A DNA stretch of 64,000 nt from Macrostomum lignano (GCA_002269645.1 NIVC01000126.1:806001-870000), one strand, 5' to 3'. Positions 42,461 to 56,517 are shown, counted from the first letter of the stretch. The notes: a model not told the origin generated them from the sequence alone. A program made the numbers and translations.

Positions 42461-45400
42461 ATGTTCGGCAGACAAGCGCCTAGGAACAGCCTCTTTGGCA
42501 GCCCTAGCCAGCTGTGGAAGCCGAAGAATCCCCACTCACTTGAGTACCTCAAGTACCTGTACGGTGTGCTGTGCAAGAATCAGACAGTCACTGAGCAGAA
42601 CTCCAGTCTGTTAGTTGAAGCCCTTCGCTCAATGTCAGAAATATTGATCTGGGGCGATCAAAATGACGATACGGTGTTCGATTTCTTCTTAGAAAAGAGC
42701 CTATTGTCCTTTTTTCTAAGCTATATGAAACAGAAATCTGGCGGTTACATCTGCGTGCAGCTGTTGCAAACTTTGAATATTCTGTTTGAAAACATTAGCA
42801 AAGAGGCGTCAGTCTATTACTTATTGTCCAATAATCATGTCAATTCTATAATCTCGCATCGATTCGACTTTTCAGATGAAGAGGTTTGTGCTTTTTTAAA
42901 TAATAAACTTGTTGCATTTGATATCGAAACACTGTCAGATTAAGCGCCACATGCTACTATCAAAACACTGTCAGATTTAGTGGCACATGTTACTATCAAA
43001 ACACTGTCAGATTAAGCGCCACATGCTACTATCAAAACACTGTCAGATTAAGCGCCACATGCTACTATCAAAACACTGTCAGATTTAGTGGCACATGCTA
43101 CTATCAAAACACTGTCAGATTAAGCGCCACATGCTACTATCAAAACACTGTCAGATTAAGCGCCACATGCTACTATCAAAACACTGTCAGATTAAGCGCC
43201 ACATGCTACTATCAAAACACTGTCAGATTAAGCGCCACATGCTACTATCAAAACACTGTCAGATTTAGTGGCACATGCTACTATCAAAACACTGTCAGAT
43301 TAAGTCCAACATGCTACTATCAAAACACTGTCAGATTAAGCGCCACATGCTACTATCAAAACACTGTCAGATTTAGTGGCACATGCTACTATCAAAACAC
43401 TGTCAGATTAAGCGCCACATGCTACTATCAAAACACTGTCAGATTAAGCCAACACTGCAACTTGTCTACTCCCACAGGTGATGGCATACTACATATCGTT
43501 CCTAAAGACGCTCTCCCTCAAGCTGAATCGGCACACAATTCATTTCTTTTATAACGAGCACGCTCGCGAGTTCCCTCTCTACACGGAGGCTGTGAACTTC
43601 TTCAACCACTCGGAGAGCATGGTTCGCATAGCGGTTCGAACCATCACGCTGAACATATTCCGAGTTGATGACAAAGCACTGATTAGATTTGTGTGCGACA
43701 CAACAGCAGTTGGCTATTTCCCTGAACTAGCCGCCTGTATTGGCAAGCGTAGTTTCGAGCTCGATTCGTGCGTTAGAAACGACGCAGAGCATAGTAACAG
43801 AGGCCGATTAACTGATCTGCTATGCGAGCATGTCGATCATTTGCACTATATTAGCGATATCTTCCGACTGGGCGTTGAGCCGCTGTCCGATCTGCTCACT
43901 GACCTGCTGCTGCAGTCGCTGTTTAATCCTATTCACGTTCGATCTCTGCTAGCCTCTGCTCAGGAGCAGTATCAGTTGAGGCTGCATCAACTCAGACGGA
44001 GACAGCAGCAGCGTAGAGTGGAATTGGCTGCCGCTAATGCCAACAGCGGTGGTGGTGGTGGTAGTGCAGGTGCTGCTGCTGATGCTTCCGGTAAGAAATC
44101 GGATTTGCTAGTGTACTTAGTGGCTAAATTCAATTTATACTCAGCAACATTGAAAAGGCGCCATTTCTCTAGGACTATTCTGAAATAAAAGATACGAGAA
44201 AACTGACCGGGGTAGCTTTTTATTATTATTAGAGGCAGGGGGTTGTGTGCACCCTGGCGCACTTTAAGCGACATAGGCATACAACCGGCGAGAGGCATTA
44301 CTGCCCATTCCGCCGACTCCCCTGAGCAGGCATACAAGCGCGCGGATACGTACGCAGGCACACACTCACACAGGAGTGTACAGTGGCCCTAACTTTATAT
44401 TATCGTTAGGCATGTACACTTCACTGCGCCTTGGGGGGGGGGGGGTGGCTCTCAAGGCCGTTAATTGCACGAGCAGAGCCAAGCCGAGATTCCAATTCAG
44501 CCCCAAATTAATGTGACTGCACTTGGAATCGAGCCTGGGTCGCTGGCACACCAGAGCCTGCGCTAGACCGCTGGGCTACGGCCCCCCTATCGGGGTAGTT
44601 TTGATCCGTCCAACCCTCGCACACCGCTCCCCCACTTTATTCCGCAACTCAAGTATGCCGTGGCGTAGGTAAAATTGAGAGACATTACCTACACTCTTAA
44701 AAGTGGCGACCACAGACGGAATCTTCTGTGATGGCGACTTTTAAATGTTGCTGAGTACTACCGAGACCAAAAAGCGATCCATAGTCACTTGTGTCTCTTC
44801 AAAGTAGTTGCAGGTAACACAGGTAAAATCGGAAAGGTGTGACTCTAAAATAACTCTAAAGCGACGAGATGTCACGGCCCGGTAAAAGTAGTCTAAAAGT
44901 CAATTTGATGCGTTTTAATGTCTGCGACTCTACTCCTACTCCTACTTCCTTTTCCCAGTCATAAATATCCCCAATTCTCCCAGTTCTCATCCCCGAGCAT
45001 AGAAAACCCCAATTCTCCCAGTTCCCATCCCCGAGCATAGAAATCCCCAATTCTCCCAATTCCTATCGCCGAGCATGGATATCCCCAATTCTCATAATTC
45101 CCATCCCCGAGCATAGAAATCCCAAATTCTCCCAATTCCCATTCCCGAGCATAGAAATCTCAATTCTCCCAATTCCTCTCCCCAATCGTAAAGATCCTCC
45201 TTATATCCTGTGTCTGTGTCTTGCTCAAGCCAAGGACACAAATTGTTTCAGTGGGTCTGGGAATCGAACCCCCGACCTTCAAGTCGGGAGTCCGACGCTC
45301 TAACCACTAAGCTACAATCCCTTACTAAGCTACAACCCCTTCAACGGGTAGTGTGTAGAGTGTAGGCAGTAGGACCGCGACAATCTCGACTTATTCCTCC

Positions 45401-46481
45401 ATAATCAATTTGTTATCTGTCGATCCTACTATTCCATTTTAGCCACGGCAACAAAAACAGCTGCTGCATCGGCAACAGCATCTCCGCCAATCAGCTCCAA
45501 TCTAGCGCTGTACCTGCTGACCCACGTGTTCTTAGCTGTACAACATCCGCCTCTGGTGCGCCAGCTGCTGACAGCTATCCTACCCGAGTGCAGTCCAGAC
45601 GAACTTGACGTTGAATGCAACAATTACGACGATGACACCGACAATGAAGATGACGATCTTGTTGACGCCGATGAAGATCGGGCAGCTGCATTGAACAGCG
45701 ACTCAACTGGCCCAGTCGATTTGAATGCTACAGACGAACAGAAGCTTCTACGCCGACAACGTCGTCTATGCCAGCGTCGTCAGCTTGACGTGCTGTTGGA
45801 ATTTTTGAAACCGCCACCGTCGGCTGTTGCCACGGACTCGGCGGCATTGTTCTGTCTGTTGTTTGTCCTGGCCGTTCGCAGGAACACTGGCTTAGCTAAG
45901 CCGTCAGCCTTGCATTCGCCCTGCTGTGCCCGTCTGCTGTGTAGCCGTGTACTGCGTCTGTTAGCCTACGCTTGCTGCGAGCCCCGAGCCGCTCCGCGTA
46001 TTCGTCCGGTCACCGCTGAGCTGGCCGCCCAGTTGCTAGCCGATCTTGTAGCTGGCGACTGTCGGACACTCACCGACGGTCAGTGGGCTATGCTAGAAGG
46101 CGCACGCGAGGATAGCGCCCTGTCGCTTAGAGAATGCTTTCGCAATGAAGATCTATTTTTAGATCAGTTCGAAGACGAATGGAGATGCTTAGAATTGGCG
46201 CCAGTTAATGTTGAACAATTGATGATGGACTCAAGTCTGCTGTTGGCTCCGGCTGGCACGCCTCTGACTGGCATTGAGTTTGATCGCCGGTTGCCATGCG
46301 GAGAGGTGAGCGGAACTATATAGTCACGATCAGGTTCAGTGAATAGATTTAATCATGCATACCAGCGCAGAATTAAACAAATCAATAAAATTATACATTA
46401 GAGATGCTAGTATCACAGGTTTTAAAGGTTCTTGAACGCTATCAAGTGCTTCATTGGCAAAAGCACGAGATGTCTGTCTGC

Positions 46482-46512
<31 letters not shown>

Positions 46513-48613
46513 ATGTCCGTCTGTTAGCGTTAGAGTTTGTGAATCTCATTCTTACTTGATTTTATATTAATCATAGATTATGAAGTTCAACCATAGACAA
46601 ATGAAATTCAACACGCTGGAGAGGGTGAAGGGGGTGTTATGAAAGAAGGATTCACTGGGCCGTATGCAGAAAGCTCTGTCTAGGGTAGTCCGGTCTTGAA
46701 AAGCTAGTCTCGACTTGGATTTGGTATGCAGAAAAACAAAGTTAGACCGGTCTACTATAGACAGAACTAAGGTAGCTAGACCATAGACTATAGACTGAAC
46801 TACCCAAGTCCGGACTAGCTAGCCTGGACTAGGCTTTCTGCATACGGTCGAATATTTCTAAAAAGAAATTTCAATCATGCACCTATGATGCATTAAACCT
46901 TAGACCATGGACAAAATCAACTCTGCACGCAGAATCAAAACAGAATACATGGGCTTAGAAGGCTGAGAGACGCAGCGAAATGTTTGAATGATTTGCAGGA
47001 TTAAATTGCCTGTTGGTCTGCTCCCACTCTGTGCCATAGACGGCTGGCCATTTGCTGCGCCAATGCATAATGAAGTTGGGTGTTGGTTAAGCTATTTACA
47101 AACCAGCTTGTAGCTGTCTATGGCCCAAATGGGGCAACCATTCATCAGACAAACGTGGATATAGCAGAAATTTCATCTGAGTACATGTAAATGACGCTTA
47201 AGTTTTGCTCAAGATGCACCTCTTCAGAATGCTTCGAGTCAAGAACACAGTGTTGTCAGATTAGCAGCGAAAAGTACAACCTTCATAGACCGCCTTAACA
47301 GCTTGATTCTCCCTGTACAGACTGAATGCTCTGTTCTTGGCTATGTGGCATAGCGGAGTGAAAGTTCTCTAGCAGTCACTGCTCAGGTTAAGCTGAGTCA
47401 GTCGCGGTTAGTACGCAACCAAATCTGCTTGCATCTGTTCTCAAAGGCAAATTATGCTGAGCTCTGAGTTTCAATATGGATTGCGACTCACACAGTCACA
47501 GCTCTGCACAATCTGTACTCAAAACCTACTCAGGCCGAGCGAGTCCGTCGATCGATTCGCATGTTCCTACTGTTGCGCCGTCTCTGCTACGGTCTCCGAC
47601 GCGAGCAGGATCCAGACCTGCCGCTGTTATCCGTTTCGACTATCGAAGGCTCCAACAATGCACCAATACGCTTAGGCGACTCTCTAGATCTCAACAATAG
47701 CGATTTGATTGGCTGTCGCGTTGAGCGGAGTGGCAGCGCTGGAGCAGCCGGCGTCAAACCACCAGCTGAGAGGCGCTTCCTAGCCGTTGACGCCAGCCGG
47801 CACCAGGCTGTGCTAGTGGAACCGGATGCCAAACGCTTGGGCTGGGGTGTTGCCAGGTTCATTGGTGAATTGCAGTACGCCGAGGCTGTTGCTGATCGAG
47901 AAGATTCTCGAAGTTTGCACGTAGCTCTTCATAATCCTGGAGGTCCGACAGTGCCCAGGGGTGCGGTTCCTCGGCCGCCGCTGCTCACCGCTAAGTGAGT
48001 TTTCGGAGTCTGTCTGCTGTTGTCTGTTTGCGTGGGGTGGCATTCAGAATTAGTATAATCTCTGGGATTCGAACTGAAGAATCGCTCCTGCACCTCCTAA
48101 AGAATCACTCCTGCACCTCCTAAAATTCTGCAAGATCGCCCCTGAACTGCCTACAGACTCGCACTAAAAGCCCTCATCCAATCGGAACTCACACGCCACC
48201 CCCCCAGATTCGTATTCGACGATCACATTCGCTGCATGGCCGCTAAGCAGCGCCTAATCAAGGGTCGCCAACTGGTTAGAACAGAGAAAATGGCCGCCAT
48301 TGGTCGCCTGTTAGAGTTTCCCGACTCAGTCATTGACGCCATCTCGCCGGGTCATTCGGCTAGAAAAGCGGTTCAACGACAACGAGCTTCGGCCTCGATG
48401 TCGCCGTCTCGACTACTATCGACATCTACGTCGGCTTCGACTTCGAATATTCGACTACCTACTGCCGAGTCAGTTGTCGGCGCCGCCGATGGACCAGCAG
48501 CAGTGGTTGTTCAGCAGCCGGGGACGCTGTCTTCTTCGAATAAATATTCTTCCAGCCCGAGTGGGTTGGACCTTGGGGAAGGCGGTGAGCTGGACAGTTC
48601 TCAGTCGCAGTAA
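42461..48613 (+). CDS. CLEC16A: CLEC16A (GOP-1/Ema), exons 42461-42883, 43478-44090, 45443-46305, 47534-47994, 48208-48613
   Basis: WKPKNPHSLEYLKYL, EILIWGDQND, DFSDEE|VMAYYISFLKTLSLKLN, FFNHSESMVRIAVRTITLN, RRLPCGE, LDLNNSDL, FDDHIRCMAAKQRL. Phases are consistent. Confidence 0.97.
42929..43452. repeat. 36-bp minisatellite (acactgtcagattaagcgccacatgctactatcaaa) in CLEC16A intron 1
   Basis: About 14 copies with two alternating variants. Confidence 0.96.
44140..44755. mobile_element. Non-autonomous TIR element (Tc1/mariner-type MITE candidate) in CLEC16A intron 2
   Basis: TA|CTCAGCAACATTGAAAAGGCGCCAT ... ATGGCGACTTTTAAATGTTGCTGAG|TA: 25-bp TIR with 2 mismatches and a TA duplication. Confidence 0.65.
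44965..45180. repeat. ~38-bp repeat (ccccaattctcccagttcccatccccgagcatagaaa), 5-6 copies
   Basis: Direct reading of the sequence. Confidence 0.85.
45214..45321 (-). mobile_element. 5' portion of the same tRNA-derived SINE family
   Basis: The - strand reads GGGATTGTAGCTTAGTGGTTAGAGCGTCGGACTCCCGACTTGAAGGTCGGGGGTTCGATTCCC...cttgagcaagacac, closely matching 16410-16500. Confidence 0.75.
46658..46849. mobile_element. Short MITE-like element in CLEC16A intron 3
   Basis: 15-bp perfect inverted repeat CCGTATGCAGAAAGC/GCTTTCTGCATACGG at the ends. No clear TSD. Confidence 0.5.
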
Positions 48614-48714
48614 CGCTTTGACTCAAAACTGTAAAGAGGACATTGCTAATACGATTACTGTATTTCCAATTAACTGGTGTGTCTACAAACAGCCAAATTG
48701 ATTACCAAGTATTG

Positions 48715-49668
48715 GCTCTAGAAGTGTCCACTGAGAATCAAATCCTAGCTGTAAGTGTCCTTTGAGAATCAAATCCTAGCTGTAAGTGTCCATTGAGAAT
48801 CAAATCCTAGCTGTAAGTGTCCACTGAGAATCAAATCCTAGCTTTAAGTGTCCACTGAGAATTAAATCCTAACTGTAAGTGTCCACTGAGAATCAAATCG
48901 TAGCTTTAAGTGTCCACTGAGAATTAAATCCTAGCTGTAAGTGTCCACTGAGAATCAAATCCTAGCTGTAAGTGTCCTTTGAGAATCAAATCCTAGCTGT
49001 AAGTGTCCACTGAGAATCAAATCCTAGCTGTAAGTGTCCACTGAGAATCAAATCCTAGCTGTAAGTGTCCTTTAAGAATCAAACCCTAGCTGTAAGTGTC
49101 CACTGAGAATCAAATCCTAGCTGTAAGTGTCCTTTAAGAATCAAACCCTAGCTGTAAGTGTCCACTGAGAATCAAATCCTAGCTGTAAGTGTCCTTTAAG
49201 AATCAAACCCTAGCTGTAAGTGTCCACTGAGAATCAAATCCTAGCTGTAAGTGTCCACTGAGAATCAAATCCTAGTTGTAAGTGTCCACTGAGAATCAAA
49301 CCCTAGCTGTAAGTGTCCACTGAGAATCAAATCCTAGCTGTAAGTGTCCACTGAGAATCAAATCCTAGCTGTAAGTGTCCACTGAGAATCAAATCCTAGC
49401 TGTAAGTGTCCACTGAGAATCAAATCCTAGTTGTAAGTGTCCACTGAGAATCAAACCCTAGCTGTAAGTGTCCACTGAGAATCAAATCCTAGCTGTAAGT
49501 GTCCTTTAAGAATCAAACCCTAGCTGTAAGTGTCCACTGAGAATCAAATCCTAGCTGTAAGTGTCCACTGAGAATCAAATCCTAGTTGTAAGTGTCCACT
49601 GAGAATCGCCTCCTAGTTGTAAGTGTCCACTAAGTATCGCCCCCGACTGTAAGTGTCTACTGAGAATC
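48715..49668. repeat. 31-bp minisatellite (gtgtccactgagaatcaaatcctagctgtaa) downstream of CLEC16A
   Basis: About 30 copies. Confidence 0.96.
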
Positions 49669-50384
49669 AGAATCTTCCTTAATTGAAATAAGTTTTATCA
49701 AAATCAACTCCGTTAAATGGCGCCACTAAATGAGGTTTTATTGTTTTTGCTTTTGATACAAATCCATAAATTATCGAATTAATCGAATTGGTAACTAACT
49801 CACTGCATCGTTCGCATATCAACCGGACAAAATCAAGTGTCTGTTTAGTCTACCCGTAGTATCAAACATTCATTTAAACTTCTTTTTCACTTTATAAAAG
49901 TAACGTAATGTTCACACTATGCTACTATCCGGTAGATGATTAGTGCTAGCGTTTCTACTTTTCTCATACTATATGATTTGCCATCTAGTCACACGCCAAA
50001 TTTGTATCTGCATAAAAAATGAAATATTCTTCCGTGTTGATTGCATGGTTTTTTGACTGAACAGATATTATGATTATTTATAAGTAATTTGCGTCATCAT
50101 TAAAATGGTCACTGAACTGTTTATTGTTTAATTTCCTTTCCATTTCGTAAAGAGTGTTTTTTAGTTTTTAATAATCTATTTTTCTATTATTGCCACTAAT
50201 TAAATGAGCAAGATGTTCACTTGCTTATAAAACACCTGTACGACTACTACTCCTACAAATCTATTGAAATATTGAGTGTCTCTTCATTATTTTATAATTT
50301 CAATTATTATTAGAGTATGCTATATTATGTTAGCTTTTAATTTTCAAAAATATTAGTTGTAAGATTTTACATAATGCACATCCT

Positions 50385-51190
50385 CTACCCCATTCTAAAA
50401 ACCCGCCCTAAAGAGAGCGGCTTTTCTCTACCCAAATGTACACCCGCCCTAAAGAGAGCGGCTTTTCTCTACCCAAATGTACACCCGCCCTAAAGAGAGC
50501 GGCTTTTCTCTACCCAAATGTACACCCGCCCTAAAGAGAGCGGCTTTTCTCTACCCAAATGTACACCCGCCCTAAAGAGAGCGGTGTTTCTCTACCCCAA
50601 TGTACACCCGCCCTAAAGAGACCAGCGTTTCTCTACCCCAATGTACACCCGCCCTAAAGAGACCAGCGTTTCTCTACCCCAATGTACACCCGCCCTAAAG
50701 AGACCAGCGTTTCTCTACCCCAATGTACACCCGCCCTAAAGAGACCAGCATTTCTCTACCCCAATGTACACCCGCCCTAAAGAGACCGGCTTTTCTCTAC
50801 CCCAATGTACACACACCCTAAAGAGACCGGCTTTTCTCTACCCCAATGTACACACGCCCTAAAGAGACCGGCTTTTCTCCACCCCAATGTACACCCGCCC
50901 TAAAGAGACCAGCGTTTCTCTACCCCAATGTACACCCGCCCTAAAGAGACCAGCGTTTCTCTACCCCAATGTACACCCGCCCTAAAGAGACCAGCGTTTC
51001 TCTACCCCAATGTACACCCGCCCTAAAGAGACCAGCGTTTCTCTACCCCAATGTACACCCGCCCTAAAGAGACCAGCGTTTCTCTACCCCAATGTACACC
51101 CGCCCTAAATAGACCGGCTTTTCTCTACCCCAATGTACACACGCCCTAAAGAGACCGGCTTTTCTCTACCCCAATGTACACACGCCCTAA
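50385..51190. repeat. 41-bp minisatellite (ccgccctaaagagaccagcgtttctctaccccaatgtacac) upstream of the SLC2A exon
   Basis: About 19 copies with a variant gradient along the array. Confidence 0.96.
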
Positions 51191-51214
51191 AAATAATTAG
51201 TAAAACCGTGCCTA

Positions 51215-54200
51215 ATGTTGCTGTCTTTGCAGCTATCAACCAGCGGAGCAGGCGGCTATCACGCCGATAGCTCAGGCTTCAGTTTGAGCTACGAAGACGA
51301 TGGCAGCGTCAGGTTCGGCTACGACGCGCACTCCGAGCCGGAGGACGCCCTGATGCTGGATGCGTCCACCAGTTTATCTGGCGGCAGCCGCAGGCCTATC
51401 GGTGGTGAAGTTGACAATATCAATGACGATGATAATGACGATGACGACGACGATGAAGAAGACGGATGCTGCGATGGCAAATGTACTTTTCTCTGTAAGA
51501 AACTGCGCTGTCGCTGTTGTTGCCACCCTAGCGGCAATAGTCTGCTGGCTGTGACGGGAGTCTCTGCACTACTAGGTGGTCTAACCTTCGGCTACGATCT
51601 TGGCGTTATTGGCGACGCCCTGCTAGCTTTGAGACCGCAGTTTCGTCTCACCTGTCCAGAGCAGGAGCTCATTGTATCCGCCCTGCCTTTGGGCGCGTTT
51701 GCTGGCTCGCTGTTAGTCAGCCCGCTGATGGATCGCTACGGTCGGCGTCGGATTTTGCGCGCCAACTGCGCCCTGCTGATTGGCGCCAGCGCGGCGCTGA
51801 CGGCGGCGCCGAGTCTGTGGCTGCTGCTTGCAGGTCGGCTTCTTCTAGGAGTTGGCGTTGCCGTGTGCGCCACCGGGGAGTGCCTGTACGCGTCCGAGGT
51901 GGCGGCGCCGAAACGGCGGGGCGCTCTGGTGTCCGCCAATGAGCTGGGCATCACCCTGGGTGAGTTGGTTTAATCAGCCCGCTGTATGCCGCGATCTACT
52001 AGCTATCTACTAGCTGATCTACTAGCTATCTACTAGCTATCTACTAGCTAATCTGCTAGCTAATCTACTAGCTGATCTACTAGCTATCTACTAGCTATCT
52101 ACTAGCTATCTACTAGCTAATCTGCTAGCTAATCTACTAGCTGATCTACTAGCTGATCTACTAGCTGATCTACTAGCTATCTACTAGCTGATCTACTAGC
52201 TATCTACTAGCTAATCTACTAGCTATCTACTAGCTGATCTACTAGCTATCTACTAGCTATCTACTAGCTAATCTACTAGCTATCTACTAGCTAAATAAGT
52301 AGCTATCTACGAGCTGATCTACTAGCTGATCTACTAGCTATCTACTAGCTATCTACTAGCTGATCTACTAGCTATCTACTAGCTGATCTACTAGCTATCT
52401 ACTAGCTATCTATTAGCTAATCTACTAGCTATCTACTAGCTGATCTACTAGCTATCTACTAGCTATCTACTAGCTAATCTACTAGCTATCTACAAGCTAT
52501 CTACTAGCTAAATAAGTAGCTATCTACGAGCTGATCTACTAGCTGATCTACTAGCTAATCTACTAGCTAATCTACTAGCTAATCTACTAGCTATCTACTA
52601 GCTATCTGCTGGCTATCTGGCTATGCTGGCAACGGGTATCCCGAATATACTCGTTTGCTTTTAAAAATACCATTAAAAGAAATCTGATTTCTGCCTAGAC
52701 AAGCATATTTTGCATTTAAATAGTGTTATTTACGATACATATCGGCAGCCATACAAGTTGGTTCTACATGTATTTAAAGCCAAAATTTGTTACAACCCTA
52801 GATCGATACCTTCCGTCTAGAAGGTTCTTATTGCCCAAATAAATTTTCCCATTAGAGCCCATTGAATTGAAAACATACAAAGTATGGTTTTATTGATCTC
52901 AATTATCCAGGCCTTCTACTCGCATACGCCAGCGGCTATCTACTGCTACCAAATTGGCGTCTACTGTTTGCCCTACCCGGCCTACTGGCTCTGCTCCAGC
53001 TGGCCTGTCTGCAGCCTTTGCCGCCCAGCCCTCGGTACCTCCTAGCGATGGGTCGCCGGCCTCAAGCTGAAGCCGTTCTAAAACGACTTCGTCGAGGTCA
53101 GATAGACGCCGACATTGTCGGAGAATTGCTGGGCATCGAACGGGCAGTCCGATTGGAATCCGGTCGTCGGGTGGCCGATCTGATTCGCTCCGACGCTTAC
53201 GGAGGCTACAGGCGTCGGTTCCTGATCGGCTGCTGTTTGGTGCTGCTGCAGCAGCTCAGCGGCCAATCGTGTCTGTTGTATTATGCGCCTACCGTGCTGA
53301 TGTCTGTGGGATTTCGCACGTCTAAGGAGCAGACTCTCGCTGCTATGGGCGTGGGAGCAGTTAAGGTGAGCGGTCTCCAAGAATTGATAAGAATACAAGA
53401 ATAAGAATAAGAATTGTCTCCAAGCCAACCATTAAAAATCATCCTCAAACCAACCAATTAGAATCGTCCTCATACCAACCAATTAGAATCGTCCTCATAC
53501 CAACCAATAAGAATCGTCCCGAAATTAACAAAATAAGAATCGTCCTCAAGCCAGCCAATAAGAATCGTCCTCAAGCCAACCAATAAGAATCGTCCCCAAG
53601 CCAACCAATAAGAATTGTCCCCAAACCAACCAATAAGAATTGTCCCCAAACCAACCAATAAGAATCGTCCCCAAATCAACCAATAAGAATCGTCCCCAAG
53701 CCAACCAATAAGAATTGTCCCCAAACCAACCAATAAGGATCGTTCTTAAGCCAATCGTGAGAATTTCTTTTAATCTAATAGCTTAAGCACATAACCTAAG
53801 CAAACCTTAACCACCTGTCTGCATCGCTAACTTCATCAGGTGCTAAGCTGCATAGTCTCCCTGGCTTTAGTCGATCGCGTCGGTCGTCGACGAATCCTGA
53901 TCGCCGGCAGCGCCGTCATGGCCGCAGCCCTGGCCGTATTCTCCATTATAACGGCTGTAGCCGAACAGAGCTTCAAGCGCAGCAGCGGCAGTAACTACAC
54001 TATTGGCATTTGTTTAGAATCAACCATTGATCTAAACAGTAATAGTAGCAGCGCTCATAGTAACGACACTCTATCGTCTGGATCGGTATTCGATAATCTA
54101 TCAGATACAACACCTGGCGGATTTTTTGCCCTAGCAACCCTGCTAGTGTTTGTAGCCGCTTACAGTGCCAGCTTTGGCCCTGTGGTCTGGCTAGTATTGT

Positions 54201-54607
54201 CCGAAATATTTCCGGCCAGTCTGAGGGCCAGAGCTGTTGGCGCATGTTCCAGTTTAAATTGGCTAGCTGGGCTGGCTACGTCTGTGTCGTTTCTAAGCCT
54301 ACTGCAAGGTATTGGGGCGCCTGGCACCTTCGGACTGTACTGCGGCGTCTGCTGCTTGGCGGTGGCCTTCTCAGCGGCTCTGGTGCCGGAGACCAGCGGC
54401 AAATCGTTGGAACGAATCGGCCGCGAGTTTGAACGATCCCGATCGGGAGGTCGCAGCGGCGGCGGTGGTGGAATCAGCGGCATTGCGAGGCTGCGAAGGT
54501 GGCTGTCTGCGACGGCTGCCGCTGGTGGCAGCGGAGATGGCACCGCTGACGGTCGAGCCGGCGATGGTCGACAACAACTGCTGCTGGTGCCTGTGGTTGA
54601 GGATTGA
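51215..54607 (+). CDS. Class III facilitative sugar transporter (GLUT10/GLUT12-like), exons ~51215/51233-51959, 52911-53365, 53840-54607; true start uncertain
   Basis: LLGGLTFGYDLGVI, LTCPEQE, DRYGRR, YASEVAAPKRRG, PPSPRYL, LQQLSGQ, DRVGRR, SFGPVVWLVLSEIFP and PETSGKSLE. The TCPEQE motif and large exofacial loop 9 fit class III. Confidence 0.93.
52000..52615. repeat. 11-12-bp repeat (ctactagctat/ctactagctgat) in SLC2A intron
   Basis: About 50 copies. Confidence 0.96.
53420..53755. repeat. 25-bp minisatellite (ccaaccaataagaatcgtccccaag) in SLC2A intron
   Basis: About 13 copies. Confidence 0.92.
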
Positions 54608-54699
54608 TTGATTGACCTACTGATGGGCTCGGCTCATAGAGAGACCGCCCGACTTGAATACTTGCGTGCTTGTAAACAAAATGAAATTACCATATCAGC

Positions 54700-56517
54700 C
54701 CTTAGGACACGTACAGTGGACACCCTTAGGACACGTATAGTGGACACCCTTAAGACACGTACAGTGGACACCCTTAAGAGTACAGTGGACATCCTTAAGA
54801 CACGTACAATGGACACCCTTAGGACACGTACAGTGGACACCCTTAAAAAACGTACAGTGGACACCATTAAAAGTACAGAGGACACCCTTAAGACACGTAC
54901 AGAAGACATCCTTAAGACACTTACAGAGGACACCCTTAAGACACGTACAATGGACACCCTTAAGACACGTACAATGGACATCCTTAAGATACGTACAGAA
55001 GACATCCTTAAGACACGTACAGAGGACACCCTTAAGACACGTACAATGGACACCCTTAAGACACGTACAATGGACATCCTTAAGATACGTACAGAAGACA
55101 TCCTTAAGACACGTACAGAGGACACCCTTAAGACACGTACAATGGACATCCTTAAGACACGTACAATGGACACCCTTAAGACACGTACAGTGGACACCCT
55201 TAAGACACGTACAGTGGACACCCTTAAGACACGTACAATGGACACCCTTAGGACACGTACAGTGGACACCCTTAAGACACGTACAGTGGACACCCTTAAG
55301 ACACGTACAGTGGACACCCTTAAGACACGTACAATGGACATCCTTAAGACACGTACAATGGACATCCTTAAGACACGTACAGTGGACACCCTTAAGACAC
55401 GTACAGTGGACTCCCTTAAGACACGTACAGTGGACACCCTTAGGACACGTACAGAGGACACCCTTAAGACACGTACAGTGGACACCCTTAGGACACGTAC
55501 AGTGGACACCCTTAAGACACGTACAATGGACATCCTTAAGACTCGTACAGAAGACATCCTTAAGACACGTACAATGGACACCCTTAAGACACATACAGTG
55601 GACACCCTTAGGACACGTACAGTGGACACCCTTAAGACACGTACAGTGGACACCCTTAAGACACGTACAGAGGACACCCTTAAGACACGTACAATGGACA
55701 TCCTTAAGACACGTACAATGGACATCCTTAAGACACGTACAATGGACATCCTTAAGACACGTACAATGGACATCCTTAAGACACGTACAATGGACATCCT
55801 TAAGACACGTACAGTGGACACCCTTAAGACACGTACAATGGACATCCTTAAGACACGTACAATGGACATCCTTAAGACACGTACAGAGGACACCCTTAAG
55901 ATACGTACAATGGACACCCTTAGGACACGTACAATGGACATCCTTAAGACACGTACAGAGGACACCCTTAAGATACGTACAATGGACACCCTTAGGACAC
56001 GTACAATAGACACCCTTAAGACACGTACAGAGGACACCCTTAAGACACGTACAGTGGACACCCTTAGGACACGTACAGAGGACACCCTTAAGACACGTAC
56101 AATGGACATCCTTAAGACACGTACAATGGACATCCTTAAGACACGTACAGAGGACACCCTTAAGATACGTACAATGGACACCCTTAGGACACGTACAATG
56201 GACATCCTTAAGACACGTACAGAGGACACCCTTAAGATACGTACAATGGACACCCTTAGGACACGTACAATAGACACCCTTAAGACACGTACAGAGGACA
56301 CCCTTAAGACACGTACAGAGGACACCCTTAAGATACGTACAATGGACACCCTTAGGACACGTACAATAGACACCCTTAAGACACGTACAGAGGACACCCT
56401 TAAGACACGTACAGTGGACACCCTTAGGACACGTACAGTGGACACCCTTAAAACACGTAGAGAGGACACCCTTAAGACACGTACAGAGGACATCCTTAAG
56501 ACACGTACAATGGACAC
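54700..56517. repeat. 24-bp minisatellite (gacacccttaagacacgtacagtg), about 75 copies, directly after the SLC2A stop
   Basis: 8-aa periodic spurious ORFs on both strands. Confidence 0.98.
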
